Source: Longimicrobiales bacterium
GTDB lineage: Bacteria > Gemmatimonadota > Gemmatimonadetes > Longimicrobiales > Gaopeijiaceae
Assembly: GCA_965198065.1 (NCBI GenBank)
Contig: CBDAON010000004.1
Span: 1,408,001-1,472,000 of the forward strand
DNA: 64,000 bases
Direction of reading: 5' to 3'
Shown: in pieces, positions 40,943 to 50,928 of the stretch
Position numbering within the stretch: position 1 is the first letter of the stretch
Layout: each line of letters starts with the position of its first letter
Translations under genes and position numbers: made by a program
The notes under the pieces: model-generated
What the model was told of the DNA's origin: nothing
The model's database searches: none
What the model saw: only the letters and a program-made list of their open reading frames with translations

Positions 40943-41126
40943 GAGGGCTACGACTCCTCTTGTGGAAGCATCGAACGATGGAGGTGGCGAGAGGCGGGTT
41001 CCCGAGCCGCCCGCTACGTTATCATACCGCGCGTGACGGGGCGGGTGCCAGGTGTCCCGCCGCCGCGGCCCCGGGGTCGCTCGCCGCGACCTTCTTTTCC
41101 CTTGAGCACCGAGCCGTCTGCCGCCC

Positions 41127-42974
41127 GTGGACCCGCATCTGCTTCTCATCGCCCCGCCCGCCGCGGTTCAGGCGGCCGGCTCCACCGCCCTGCTGGTGGT
41201 GTTAGGGCTCCTGGCCCTCGCCCTCGTGCTTTTCGTGTCCGAGGTGATCCCGCCGGACCAGACGGCGATCGTGCTCCTGGTGCTGGTAGTGGCCTTCGGT
41301 CGCTGGACCGGGATCGGGCCCGACGAGGCGCTCTCCGGCTTCGCGAGCCAGGCCACGATCACCGTCTTCGCGATGTTCGTCCTGAGCGAAGGAATCCGCC
41401 GGACGGGCGTTTTACAGATCATCGGCGACCGCATCATCCACCTGACCGGAGGGAAGCCACGGAGGCAGCTGGCCGCTCTGGTCGGCCTCTCCGGGTCCAC
41501 GGCCGGTTTCATCAACAACACGCCGGTCGTCGCGATGATGATCCCCATGGCGCTCCACATCGCCGAACGCACCAACTCCTCGCCGTCCAAGTACCTGATC
41601 CCGATCTCGTACGCGGCGATGATGGGGGGGACGCTGACGCTGATCGGCACGTCCACGAACCTGCTGGCGAGCGACGTCTCCGAACGGCTCCTCGGGCGAC
41701 CCATCACGATGTTCGAGTTCACGCACCTGGGGATCATCGTCCTCGTCTTCGGGAGCGCGTACCTGCTCCTCGTCGGGTGGGCCCTCACGCCCGAGCGCGT
41801 GAAGCCTCGTGAGACTCCGATGGAAACGTTCCAGATGCGCGAGTACCTCACGGAGCTGAGGCTCCTCGCCGGCTCCCCGCTCGAGGGAAAGCGGGTGGAT
41901 CAGGCGCTCCGCGAGCTCGGGCTCGACATCGAGATCGTGCGGCTCAAGCGGAAGGACGAGTGGTTCGGGCCCCCGCTCGGGGTGAAGGAGCTCCAGGCGG
42001 GAGACGTCCTCCTCATCCGCACGGACCCGATCACCGTCAGCGATCTGATGAAGCTCCGCGGGATCGGCCTTGCGACCGGGAAGACGGCCGCCCGGGAGGC
42101 GGGAGACCCGCACGAGCCCGCGCCGACGCTCTTCGAGGCGGTGGTTCTCTCGGACACTCCCGTCGTGGAGGAAACGCTCCTGACGCTGAGCTTTCGTCAG
42201 ACGTACGGCGCCTCGGTGCTGGCCATCCGGCGCGGCCGCGGCGTCTTGCACGAGAGGCTCAAGGACGTGGTACTCGAGGGAGGAGACACGCTCCTCGTTC
42301 ACGGCGGAAAGGACGCGGCCAGGCGACTCGCCGGCGACCGCAGCTTCATGGTCACGCACGAGATGGAGCGGGCCGAGCTCCGGAGGTCCAAGCTCCCGAT
42401 CGCGCTCGGAATATTGAGCCTGGTGGTGGTGACGGCGGCCGTAGGCGCTCTCCCCATCGCGGTCTCGGCCTTGGCAGGGGTCGTCGCTATGGTCCTCACC
42501 CGGTGCCTTAAGCCCGGAGAATTGTATCGCGCCGTGGACTGGAACGTGATCGTGCTCCTCGCAGGCGTAATCCCGCTCGGGATGGCGCTCGAGCGGACGG
42601 GTGGAGCAGAGTACCTGGCCCGGTTCGTGACCGAGTACGCGTCCGGGTGGCATCCACTCTTCGTTCTCCTCTTCTTCTATCTCGTGACGGCGCTCGTGAC
42701 GCAGGCGGTGAGCAACAACGCAGGCGTGGTGCTCATGATCCCCGTGGCCGTGAGCGCCGCCGAGATCCTCCGCGCCGACCCGTTCTCTTTCCTTCTGGCC
42801 GTGACGTTCGCGGCCAGCACCCCGATGCTCAGTCCCATCGGCTATCAGACGAACCTGATGGTCTACGGTCCGGGAGGATATCGCTTCACGGACTTCTTTC
42901 GGGTGGGGGCGCTGCTCCAGATCCTTCTGGCCATCGTGACGACCGTGGGGATCTGGGCGTTCTGGGGAGTTTAG
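41127..42974 (+). CDS. SLC13/DASS permease with TrkA-C domains
   Basis: FINNT, GGTLTLIGTSTN, SNNA, PIGYQTN. Confidence 0.93.
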   Translation: MDPHLLLIAPPAAVQAAGSTALLVVLGLLALALVLFVSEVIPPDQTAIVLLVLVVAFGRWTGIGPDEALSGFASQATITVFAMFVLSEGIRRTGVLQIIGDRIIHLTGGKPRRQLAALVGLSGSTAGFINNTPVVAMMIPMALHIAERTNSSPSKYLIPISYAAMMGGTLTLIGTSTNLLASDVSERLLGRPITMFEFTHLGIIVLVFGSAYLLLVGWALTPERVKPRETPMETFQMREYLTELRLLAGSPLEGKRVDQALRELGLDIEIVRLKRKDEWFGPPLGVKELQAGDVLLIRTDPITVSDLMKLRGIGLATGKTAAREAGDPHEPAPTLFEAVVLSDTPVVEETLLTLSFRQTYGASVLAIRRGRGVLHERLKDVVLEGGDTLLVHGGKDAARRLAGDRSFMVTHEMERAELRRSKLPIALGILSLVVVTAAVGALPIAVSALAGVVAMVLTRCLKPGELYRAVDWNVIVLLAGVIPLGMALERTGGAEYLARFVTEYASGWHPLFVLLFFYLVTALVTQAVSNNAGVVLMIPVAVSAAEILRADPFSFLLAVTFAASTPMLSPIGYQTNLMVYGPGGYRFTDFFRVGALLQILLAIVTTVGIWAFWGV

Positions 42975-43119
42975 CGAGGGGCACCGCAGGTGGCCTCCCA
43001 ACCCGCGCCGCGGCTCTCGTCGCTGCCCAAGGTTTGGCCGCCTGCGATACCTTTCCACGAGCGTAGAGCAACGGCGGCCGAGGGCGTGGCCGCCCCCTCC
43101 CCTAGCACGGAGGATTCCC

Positions 43120-45576
43120 GTGACGACGTCGTCCCGCCTGCCGATTCCAAGTCTTCTCCTCCTGGCCGTGCTGGCGAGCGCGCCGGAAGCGCTCGCCCAG
43201 GCTCCGGTCCCCCCCACGCCCGACACCGTGGACGCGGATGCCGCGGCCGCCGACCCCACCCCGCAGCAGGGGAGTCGACGCGGCGGGCCCAGACCATACG
43301 ACCAGGTCATCCCCGAGACCGCCGAGAGCGACGTCGGGCTCTTCACAGTCCACAGCGTCGACGAGGACTGGCTCTTCGAGATCCCAGTCGCGCTCCTCGG
43401 GCGAGAGATTCTGCTCCAGACGCGGGTCACGCGGACGGCCACAGGAGCCGGGTACGGCGGGGAGGAGGAAGCGACCGCGGTCACCAGGTGGGAGCGGCGG
43501 GGCGAGCAAATCCTCTTGCGACTCGTGGGGCACCGGAACACGGCCGCGGACAGCCTCCCCATTTTTGATGCCGTCCGGAACTCGAACTTCGAACCGATCC
43601 TGGAAGCGTTCGACATCGAGGCCTACTCCCCCGACTCGACCGCCGTCGTGCTCGACGTCTCCGATTTCCTCACCTCCGATGCGCCGATCATCGGGCTCAG
43701 CCGGAGGCGGAGGGATGACTACGGGGTGCGAAGCCTCGCCTCGGACCGGACGTTCGTCGAGTCGATCCGGAGCTTCCCTGAGAACATCGAGATCCGGAGG
43801 ACCGTCACCTACGGAGCCAGCGACCCTCCCTCCAACGCCGTGGGCGGGACGCTCTCGATGGAGCTCGGGCATTCGCTCCTCCTGCTCCCGGCCGATCCGA
43901 TGACGCCCCGGGTGTGGGACGAGAGGGTCGGTTACTTCTCCATCCGACAAAACGACTTCGGGGCGGACGCGCAGCGCCTCCTCGAGCGACGCTTCATTCA
44001 GCGCTGGCGCCTCGAGCCCTCGGATCCCGCGGCTTACGCCCGGGGGGAACTCGTGGATCCGGTCGAGCCGATCGTGTTCTACATCGACCCGGCGACCCCG
44101 GAGAAGTGGCGGCCCTACCTCCGACAGGGGGTCGAGGACTGGCAGGAGGCGTTCGAGGCCGCGGGGTTCCGGAATGCGATCGTCGCGCTCGAAGCGCCAA
44201 CGCCAGAGGAAGACCCCGAGTTCGACCCGGCCGACGCGCGGTACTCGATCATCCGATACCTGGCGTCCCCGGTCCAGAACGCGAGCGGGCCCTCCCTCCG
44301 CGATCCTCGAACCGGCGAGATCCTCGGTGCCCACATCGAGTGGCATCACAACGTGATGAACCTGATGCGAAACCTCTACTTCGTGCAGACCGCGGCCGCG
44401 AACCCCGAGGCCCGGGGCGTCCAGTTCGAGGACGACGTCATGGGCCGGCTGCTAAGGAACGTTGCCGCCCATGAGGTCGGGCACACGCTCGGGCTCGCGC
44501 ACAACATGAAGGGCCACTCCTCGGTGTCCGTGGACCTCCTCCGAACGCGGTGGGTGTGCGAGAACGGGACCTCGTCCTCGATCATGGATTACGCGCGCTT
44601 CAACTATGTCGCGCAGCCCGGGGACAACACCTGCTTCATCCCGCGGATCGGCCCCTATGATAAGTGGGCGATCGAGTGGGGGTACCGGCGGGTCGTGCCC
44701 GAAGCTCGGATGTACGAGGAGGAGCGGAAGACGCTGCGCGAATGGATCCTCGACCACGCGGGAGAGGATCTCTATCGCTTCGGTGATCCCAGCTCGAGCG
44801 ATCCCGGCTCGACGAGCGAGGCCCTGGGCGACGATCCAGTCCGGGCGTCGGACTACGGCGTCGAGAACCTCAAGCGGATCATAAGCAACCTCAGGGAATG
44901 GAGCTTCGAGGAGGGGGAGAGCTACGACCAGCTGGACGAGCTTTACGGGCAGGTGGTGGCCCAGTGGAGCCTCTACGTCGGGCACGTCGTCCTACTCGTC
45001 GGAGGGGTCGAGTGGGACCGCAAGGCGCAAGGGCAGGAAGGGCGCCCCTACTCACCGGTTCCCGGGGAGCGGCAGCGGACGGCCATCGACTACCTGGATC
45101 GTCAGGTGTTCCGGACGCCCGGGTGGATGATCGACACGGAGATCCTCTACCGGATCGAGCGGAGCGGCATCCAGGATCGCATCCTCAACCGGCAGGTGTC
45201 GGCGCTGGGACAGGTACTCCAGGTAGCTCGCATGAAGCGCGTGATCGAGCAGGAGGCGCTGGGGCCGGACGGATCGTACCCGCTCCACGAGATGCTTACG
45301 GACCTGCGGGCCGCGATCTGGGCCGAGCTCGGAGAGAGGCGGGCCGTCGATCCGTTCCGGAGGAACCTCCAGCGCGGGTACCTGGACCGCATGGAAGACA
45401 TCCTCGAGAACCAGGACGCGGTCCGGACGGACATCGCGCCGCTAGTCCGTGGGCAGCTCCGCGCGGTCGAGGCCGAAGCGGCCGCCACTCGCTCCGAGAT
45501 CGCAGACGAGGTGACGCGGCTCCACCTGGACGACGTGATCGCGCGGATTGAGCGGATCCTGGATCCGGAGGGGTGA
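43120..45576 (+). CDS. Secreted zinc metalloprotease (DUF5117/5118/4953 type)
   Basis: D.RVGYF, PIVFYIDP, DPRTGEI, HEVGHTLGLAH, SIMDY Met-turn. Confidence 0.92.
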   Translation: MTTSSRLPIPSLLLLAVLASAPEALAQAPVPPTPDTVDADAAAADPTPQQGSRRGGPRPYDQVIPETAESDVGLFTVHSVDEDWLFEIPVALLGREILLQTRVTRTATGAGYGGEEEATAVTRWERRGEQILLRLVGHRNTAADSLPIFDAVRNSNFEPILEAFDIEAYSPDSTAVVLDVSDFLTSDAPIIGLSRRRRDDYGVRSLASDRTFVESIRSFPENIEIRRTVTYGASDPPSNAVGGTLSMELGHSLLLLPADPMTPRVWDERVGYFSIRQNDFGADAQRLLERRFIQRWRLEPSDPAAYARGELVDPVEPIVFYIDPATPEKWRPYLRQGVEDWQEAFEAAGFRNAIVALEAPTPEEDPEFDPADARYSIIRYLASPVQNASGPSLRDPRTGEILGAHIEWHHNVMNLMRNLYFVQTAAANPEARGVQFEDDVMGRLLRNVAAHEVGHTLGLAHNMKGHSSVSVDLLRTRWVCENGTSSSIMDYARFNYVAQPGDNTCFIPRIGPYDKWAIEWGYRRVVPEARMYEEERKTLREWILDHAGEDLYRFGDPSSSDPGSTSEALGDDPVRASDYGVENLKRIISNLREWSFEEGESYDQLDELYGQVVAQWSLYVGHVVLLVGGVEWDRKAQGQEGRPYSPVPGERQRTAIDYLDRQVFRTPGWMIDTEILYRIERSGIQDRILNRQVSALGQVLQVARMKRVIEQEALGPDGSYPLHEMLTDLRAAIWAELGERRAVDPFRRNLQRGYLDRMEDILENQDAVRTDIAPLVRGQLRAVEAEAAATRSEIADEVTRLHLDDVIARIERILDPEG

Positions 45577-45669
45577 CGGCGGCGGGAACCGAGGGGACCC
45601 CGACGGTTCACGCTGTGGGGCGCGGGCGCGAGCCGTAGAAGGGGGGCCTCGTCGGCCCGGCCCCGGGTC

Positions 45670-46725
45670 CTACCGGAACCCTGCCTGGAGCTTCTCCAGC
45701 GCGTCCGACCCCGGGCAGAGCGCCTCGTACGGAAGCTCGGTCAGGGGCGTCTCCACCGTGCCGGCCACGTCGTGCATCTCGGGAGCGTCGGGGGAGATGT
45801 GGAGGAGCCCCGTCAGGACCTCCCCTTTCTCCTGCCGCTCGCGGATGTACGAGTACGCCTGGTCGCGGTCGAGCGCGTCGAACCCGTCGGCCACCTTCCG
45901 GAACCGGACGACGCTCCCGTCCTGCATGCGGACTTCCTTCGTGCTCCCCGGCTCGTACGAGACCGCAATCTCCGGGGTCGGGGCCACGAAGTCGGCCTCG
46001 GTCACGACCGTCGCGTGCTCTCGGGTGAAGCGGTAGCTCTTGGTCGAGCCGTCGTGATCGTTGAAGGTCACGCACGGCGAGACCACGTCGATCAGCGCGA
46101 ACCCCTGGTGTCGCACCCCCGCCTGGAGGAGGGGAACCAGCTGCTCCTTGTCTCCCGAAAAGCTCCTCGCGACAAACGTCGCTCCCAGAGAGAGAGCGAG
46201 GAGAACCGGGTCGATCGGAGGCTGTCGGTTCTCAGCTCCGCGCTTGGGCTTGGACCCGATGTCCGCCGACGCGGAGAATTGCCCCTTCGTCAGGCCGTAC
46301 ACTCCGTTGTTCTCGATCACGTAGAGGAGGTTCACGTTCCTCCGGATCGCGTGGGCCAGCTGTCCCAGCCCGATCGAGAGCGAGTCTCCGTCGCCCGACA
46401 CCCCCATGTAGACGAGGTCCCGGTTCGCTCCGACCGCGCCCGTGGCGATGGCCGGCATCCGTCCGTGCACGCCGTTGAACCCGTGGGACTGGGACAGGAA
46501 GTACGTCGGCGTCTTGGCCGAGCACCCGATCCCTGAAAGCTTCGCGACCCGATGGGGTGGGATCTCGAGCGCCCAGAACGCCTCGATGATCGCGGCCGTG
46601 ACGGAGTCGTGCCCGCACCCCGCGCAGAGCGTAGAGGTCGTGCCCTCGTAGTCCCGCCGGGTCAGACCCAGAGAGTTCTTCTTGAGGCCCGGGTGCGCTA
46701 CACGGGGCTTCAGGATCCAGGTCAT
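45670..46725 (-). CDS. korB: 2-oxoacid:acceptor oxidoreductase beta subunit
   Basis: CAGCGH, GIGCS, HGR, GDGD, YGLTKGQ; ATGA overlap with alpha. Confidence 0.92.
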   Translation of the reverse strand: MTWILKPRVAHPGLKKNSLGLTRRDYEGTTSTLCAGCGHDSVTAAIIEAFWALEIPPHRVAKLSGIGCSAKTPTYFLSQSHGFNGVHGRMPAIATGAVGANRDLVYMGVSGDGDSLSIGLGQLAHAIRRNVNLLYVIENNGVYGLTKGQFSASADIGSKPKRGAENRQPPIDPVLLALSLGATFVARSFSGDKEQLVPLLQAGVRHQGFALIDVVSPCVTFNDHDGSTKSYRFTREHATVVTEADFVAPTPEIAVSYEPGSTKEVRMQDGSVVRFRKVADGFDALDRDQAYSYIRERQEKGEVLTGLLHISPDAPEMHDVAGTVETPLTELPYEALCPGSDALEKLQAGFR

Positions 46726-48632
46726 GCGAAGCTCTCCGAGAGCCGGCGTTTGGCGGGGCGACCTCCGTTCAGGTACTCGCGGACCGGGCCGACCACGTCC
46801 GAGGCGCTGAGCGGCATGCCCCCGAAAGCGAGAACGGATTCGAGCCGGTTGCGGGGAAAGGCGGCCTCCGCCGTCAGCAGCGTCGCGAGCTGCCCGTCCC
46901 GGTTCTGCTCCACCACGAAACTGCGCTCGTGCGCCTCCAGGAAGTCCTTCACGGTCGGGTGGAACGGGAAGCCCCGGATCCGCATGAAATCCAGGTGGAC
47001 GCCTTCCGCCGCCAGGATATCCTGCGCCTCCCGGATCGCCCGGTCCGTCCCCCCCACGGACACCACACTGAAGCGAGTGGGTCGGCCGGCGGCCGCTGCC
47101 GCGAGCCGCACGACGGGTTCGGGCAGGTGGACGGCAGCCCCCTCGATCTTCCGCGCGATGCGCAAGAGCACGTCCGCGTACGCGGCTTCGTCCTCCGTGT
47201 AGCGACCGTTCTTGTCGTGCCCCGACCCTCGCGCAAAGTACGCGCCCTTGGGGTGGACGCCCGGAATCGTCCGGTAGGCGATCCCGTCCCCGTCCACGTC
47301 GATGTAGCGGTGGAAGCGGTCCTCGATCTTCTCGAGCTCCTCCGGCTCCAGCACCTTCCCCCGATCCGGGCGGTAGGCGTCGTCCCAGGTGAGCTTGGGC
47401 ACCACCCAGTCGTTCATCCCGATGTCCAGGTCGGAGAGCACGAACACGGGCGTCTGGAACCGCTCGGCCAGGTCGAACGCCTTTGTGGCGAAGCGAAAGC
47501 ACTCCTCGGGATCGGATGGGAAGAGGACCACGTGCTTCGTGTCACCGTGGGAGGCGTACACGGCGGAGAGGATGTCCCCCTGCTGGGTTCGGGTCGGCAT
47601 CCCGGTGGAAGGGCCGGCCCTCTGGACGTCGAAGATGACCGTCGGGATCTCCGCGTAGTACGCGAGCCCGACGAACTCACCCATGAGCGAGATCCCGGGC
47701 CCGCTCGTGGCGGTGAAGGACCTGGCGCCCGCCCAACCGGCCCCGACGACCACTCCCGCAGCGGCGAGCTCGTCCTCCGCCTGAACGACGATGAAGCGGT
47801 TCTCCTTCGTCTCCGGATCCTTCCGGAAGCGCTCGCAGAAGTGCGAGAACGCATCCACGAGCGAGGTGGAGGGCGTGATCGGATACCAAGCGGCGACCGT
47901 GGCCCCGGCGTACACGCAGCCGAGCGCAGCTGCCGTGTTCCCGTCGATCAAGATCTTGTCCCGGTTCTCGTCCAGCTGTTCGAGCCGGATCGGAAGGGGA
48001 CAGTCGAAATGTTCCTTCGCGTAGTCGTATCCGAGGCGAACGGCCAGGAAGTTCGAGTCGAGCAGCTTCTTCTTCTTCGCGAAGGACTCCTGGAGGAGGG
48101 CCTGGACGATCTCCATGTCGAGATCGAGAAGCGCGGCGAGCACACCGACGTAGACGATGTTCTTCATCAGGATCCGCTCGCGGTCGCCCTCGAAGTGCTC
48201 GACGCACATCTCTGCGAGCGGGGTGCCGACGAACGTCACGTCCTCACGCCGCAGCTCCCGGCGGAACGGCCAGGACGAGTCGTGCACGAGCCAGCCGCCG
48301 GAGCGGAGCTCCCGCACGTCCTGCGCGTAGGTGGCCGGGTTCACGGCGGCGACGATGTCGAAGGTCCGGGAGCGCGCCGTGTGGCCGCTCTTGTTCACCC
48401 GGATCTCGTACCAGGTGGGAAGCCCCTGGATGTTCGACGGGAACAGGTTCTTCCCGCTCACGGGGACCCCCATGCGGAAAATCGCCTGTCGGAGGACCCC
48501 GTTCGCGCTGGCCGAGCCGGTGCCGTTCACCGTCCCGATCTTCAGGGCGAAGTCGTTCACGCCGCCGCGTGTGGGGGCGGTGACCGCCCCCCCGGCCGGT
48601 ACGTCCTGGTCCACGCCTTCCGCGGACTTCAT
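46722..48632 (-). CDS. korA: 2-oxoacid:acceptor oxidoreductase alpha subunit
   Basis: YPITP, QAEDE, TSGPG, QR.GPSTGMPT. Confidence 0.92.
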   Translation of the reverse strand: MKSAEGVDQDVPAGGAVTAPTRGGVNDFALKIGTVNGTGSASANGVLRQAIFRMGVPVSGKNLFPSNIQGLPTWYEIRVNKSGHTARSRTFDIVAAVNPATYAQDVRELRSGGWLVHDSSWPFRRELRREDVTFVGTPLAEMCVEHFEGDRERILMKNIVYVGVLAALLDLDMEIVQALLQESFAKKKKLLDSNFLAVRLGYDYAKEHFDCPLPIRLEQLDENRDKILIDGNTAAALGCVYAGATVAAWYPITPSTSLVDAFSHFCERFRKDPETKENRFIVVQAEDELAAAGVVVGAGWAGARSFTATSGPGISLMGEFVGLAYYAEIPTVIFDVQRAGPSTGMPTRTQQGDILSAVYASHGDTKHVVLFPSDPEECFRFATKAFDLAERFQTPVFVLSDLDIGMNDWVVPKLTWDDAYRPDRGKVLEPEELEKIEDRFHRYIDVDGDGIAYRTIPGVHPKGAYFARGSGHDKNGRYTEDEAAYADVLLRIARKIEGAAVHLPEPVVRLAAAAAGRPTRFSVVSVGGTDRAIREAQDILAAEGVHLDFMRIRGFPFHPTVKDFLEAHERSFVVEQNRDGQLATLLTAEAAFPRNRLESVLAFGGMPLSASDVVGPVREYLNGGRPAKRRLSESFA

Positions 48633-50461
48633 CGCCCGACCTCCAGGACCGTCCCTCCGACCGTTTCGTGCTGCCCTCCGGCCTCGACCCCCACGTACGG
48701 GATCAGGAGATCGAACTCACGCATGTCCCAGGCGGCCGTGGGGCAGCGCTCCGCGCAGAGCCCGCAGTGGATGCAGAGGTCCTCGTCCTTCACCATTACC
48801 CGCCCGGTCTGGGGAAGAGCCTCCGACACGAAGATGTCCTGCTCCGGGTTCAGGGTAGGAGCGGTGAGCCGAGTCCTCAGCTCCTCTTCTTCCCCGTTCG
48901 GCGCGATCGTGATGCAGGAAAGGGGGCAGATGTCCACGCACGCGTCGCACTCGATGCAGAGCGGTCCGGTGAAGTGCGTCTGGACGTCACAGTTCAGGCA
49001 CCGCTCGACTTCCTTCAGGGTTTGCTCGATGTCGAAGCCCTCCTCGACCTCGACGGCCACGGTCTCGAGGCGGCGCTGCAGCTCCACATGGCTCATCTCT
49101 TGCCGGGCACCCACGTCGTAGTCGTTCGAGTAGCTCCACTCGTGGAGCCCCATCTTCCGGCTGAGGAGGTTCATCCCGTAGGCGGGGCGGTCCGCGGGGG
49201 AAGCGCCCTGGCAGCGTTGGTGGATCGAGATGGCCGCCTGATGCCCGTGCTCGACGGCCCAGATGATGTTCTCAGGGCCCCACGCGGCGTCCCCCCCGAA
49301 GAACACCCCGTCGCGGGTCGATTGAAACGTCTTCCGATCCACGACCGGCATCTCCCACTCGTCGAAGTCGATCCCGATGTCCCTTTCGATCCAGCGGAAG
49401 GCCGCCTCCTGCCCGATCGCGAGGATCACGTCGTCGCAGGGGAGGATCTCGGTGTCCTTCACCTCCATCTTCGCGTGGCTCCCGGGCGTGTGGTGCCACT
49501 CCACGATCTCGAACTCCATCCCCACGAGCTTCCCGTCCTCGAGAACGAACCGAGACGGCGAATAGTTCTCGATGATCTCGACCCCCTCCTCCTCCGCGTC
49601 GTCCAGCTCCCACGGGGACGCCTTGAAGTACCGGCGCGAGCGCCGGGCCATCACCTTCACGTCCTTCCCCCCGAGCCGGAGCGAGGTCCGGCAACAGTCC
49701 ATCGCGGTGTTCCCCACCCCGATCACGAGCACGCGCTCCCCGATCGAGTCGATGTGCTCGAACGCCACTGACTCGAGCCAGTCGATCCCGATGTGGATCC
49801 GGTCGGTGTCGTAGCGTCCCGGAATCTCCAGGTTCTTACCCCGCGGGGCCCCCGAGCCGATGAACACGGCGTCCCACTCCCCTCCCATTTTCCCGTCCAG
49901 GAGCGCACGCATGCTCTCGACCGGCGTGTTCAGGCGAAGGTCCACGCCCATGTCCAGGATGTAGTCGATCTCCTCCCAGAGCACGGACGGGGGAAGCCGG
50001 AACTGCGGGATGTTCGACCACATGAGCCCACCCGGCCGATCCATCTTCTCGAAGATCGTGACCTCGTAGCCCAGCGGCATGAGGTCGTTCGCGACCGTGA
50101 GCGACGCCGGTCCGGCTCCGACGCAGGCGATCCGCTTCCCGTTCTTCTTCTCCGGGATCCGGGGAAGCAGTTCCGTGATGTCGTCCCGCAGGTCGGCCGC
50201 GACCCGCTTCAGCCGGCAGATCGCGACCGGCTCCCCGTCCAGCCGGGTCCGCCGGCAGGCGGGCTCGCACGGGCGGTCGCACGTGCGCCCCAGGACCGCC
50301 GGGAACACATTCGACTCCCGGTTCAGCATGTAGGATTCCGTGTAGCGGCCCTGCGCGATCAGGCGGATGTATTCCGGCACGTTCGTGTGCGCCGGGCACG
50401 CCCACTGGCAGTCCACAACCTTGTGGTAGTACTGCGGATCCCGGACGTCCGAGGGCTTCAT
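48629..50461 (-). CDS. GltD-like FAD/NAD(P) oxidoreductase with C-terminal 2x[4Fe-4S] domain (KorC-like)
   Basis: CQWACP, CDRPCE..C, GAGPA, GVGNTAMD, CIECDAC..CP, CIHCGLC..CP. Confidence 0.9.
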   Translation of the reverse strand: MKPSDVRDPQYYHKVVDCQWACPAHTNVPEYIRLIAQGRYTESYMLNRESNVFPAVLGRTCDRPCEPACRRTRLDGEPVAICRLKRVAADLRDDITELLPRIPEKKNGKRIACVGAGPASLTVANDLMPLGYEVTIFEKMDRPGGLMWSNIPQFRLPPSVLWEEIDYILDMGVDLRLNTPVESMRALLDGKMGGEWDAVFIGSGAPRGKNLEIPGRYDTDRIHIGIDWLESVAFEHIDSIGERVLVIGVGNTAMDCCRTSLRLGGKDVKVMARRSRRYFKASPWELDDAEEEGVEIIENYSPSRFVLEDGKLVGMEFEIVEWHHTPGSHAKMEVKDTEILPCDDVILAIGQEAAFRWIERDIGIDFDEWEMPVVDRKTFQSTRDGVFFGGDAAWGPENIIWAVEHGHQAAISIHQRCQGASPADRPAYGMNLLSRKMGLHEWSYSNDYDVGARQEMSHVELQRRLETVAVEVEEGFDIEQTLKEVERCLNCDVQTHFTGPLCIECDACVDICPLSCITIAPNGEEEELRTRLTAPTLNPEQDIFVSEALPQTGRVMVKDEDLCIHCGLCAERCPTAAWDMREFDLLIPYVGVEAGGQHETVGGTVLEVGR

Positions 50462-50690
50462 CGGTTCGGTGCGGAGGAACGAGCGAGCAGGGGAGGCCGC
50501 CGGCTAACGGGCCCGACCAGACCGGGGAAGGGGGGGGGGCGTAGGCCTCGGCAGATCGAGCGACCCGCCTGACGACGGACAGGACATGGGACCTCAGTGT
50601 AACGGGAAGGCGTTGGGCCTGGCAACGCGTTGCTCGCCGACCGCTGCCGGCATGGCCGGAAACGGCCCGACGCGACCGTGGCATCTCAAC

Positions 50691-50720
50691 TTGCTTCGTC
50701 AGATCCGTGCATGGTACCTT
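50691..50720 (+). promoter_or_regulatory. Putative sigma70 promoter upstream of the vWA/MoxR operon
   Basis: TTGCTT-N18-TACCTT with extended TG. Confidence 0.45.
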
Positions 50721-50928
50721 GCTGACGCTCGCCCAAGTCCCGGAAGGACTTCTACCGACCTCGACGAGGTCCCGCGAGGTCTACCCACCCTGGCCGAAAG
50801 GGTCCCGATTCCACCCCCGGGGGTCGAGCCCCCGGCTTCCATCGGAGGCGCTCCAAGAAAAACGAATTCACTCGTGGCGTGTACCACTGCGATAACCTTC
50901 GTCGGCTCCGGTAACCGTGATGGCAGGC

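Noticed and set aside
25437..49121. Many long Arg/Pro/Gly-rich or antisense ORFs (e.g. 25437-27347, 35034-36917, 41412-43616, 46929-49121)
   Set aside because: Expected shadow ORFs in high-GC DNA overlapping well-supported genes
50620..50695. Sigma54 promoters (TGGCA..TTGC, two candidates)
   Set aside because: GG-to-GC spacing is 9 and 11 nt rather than the required 10
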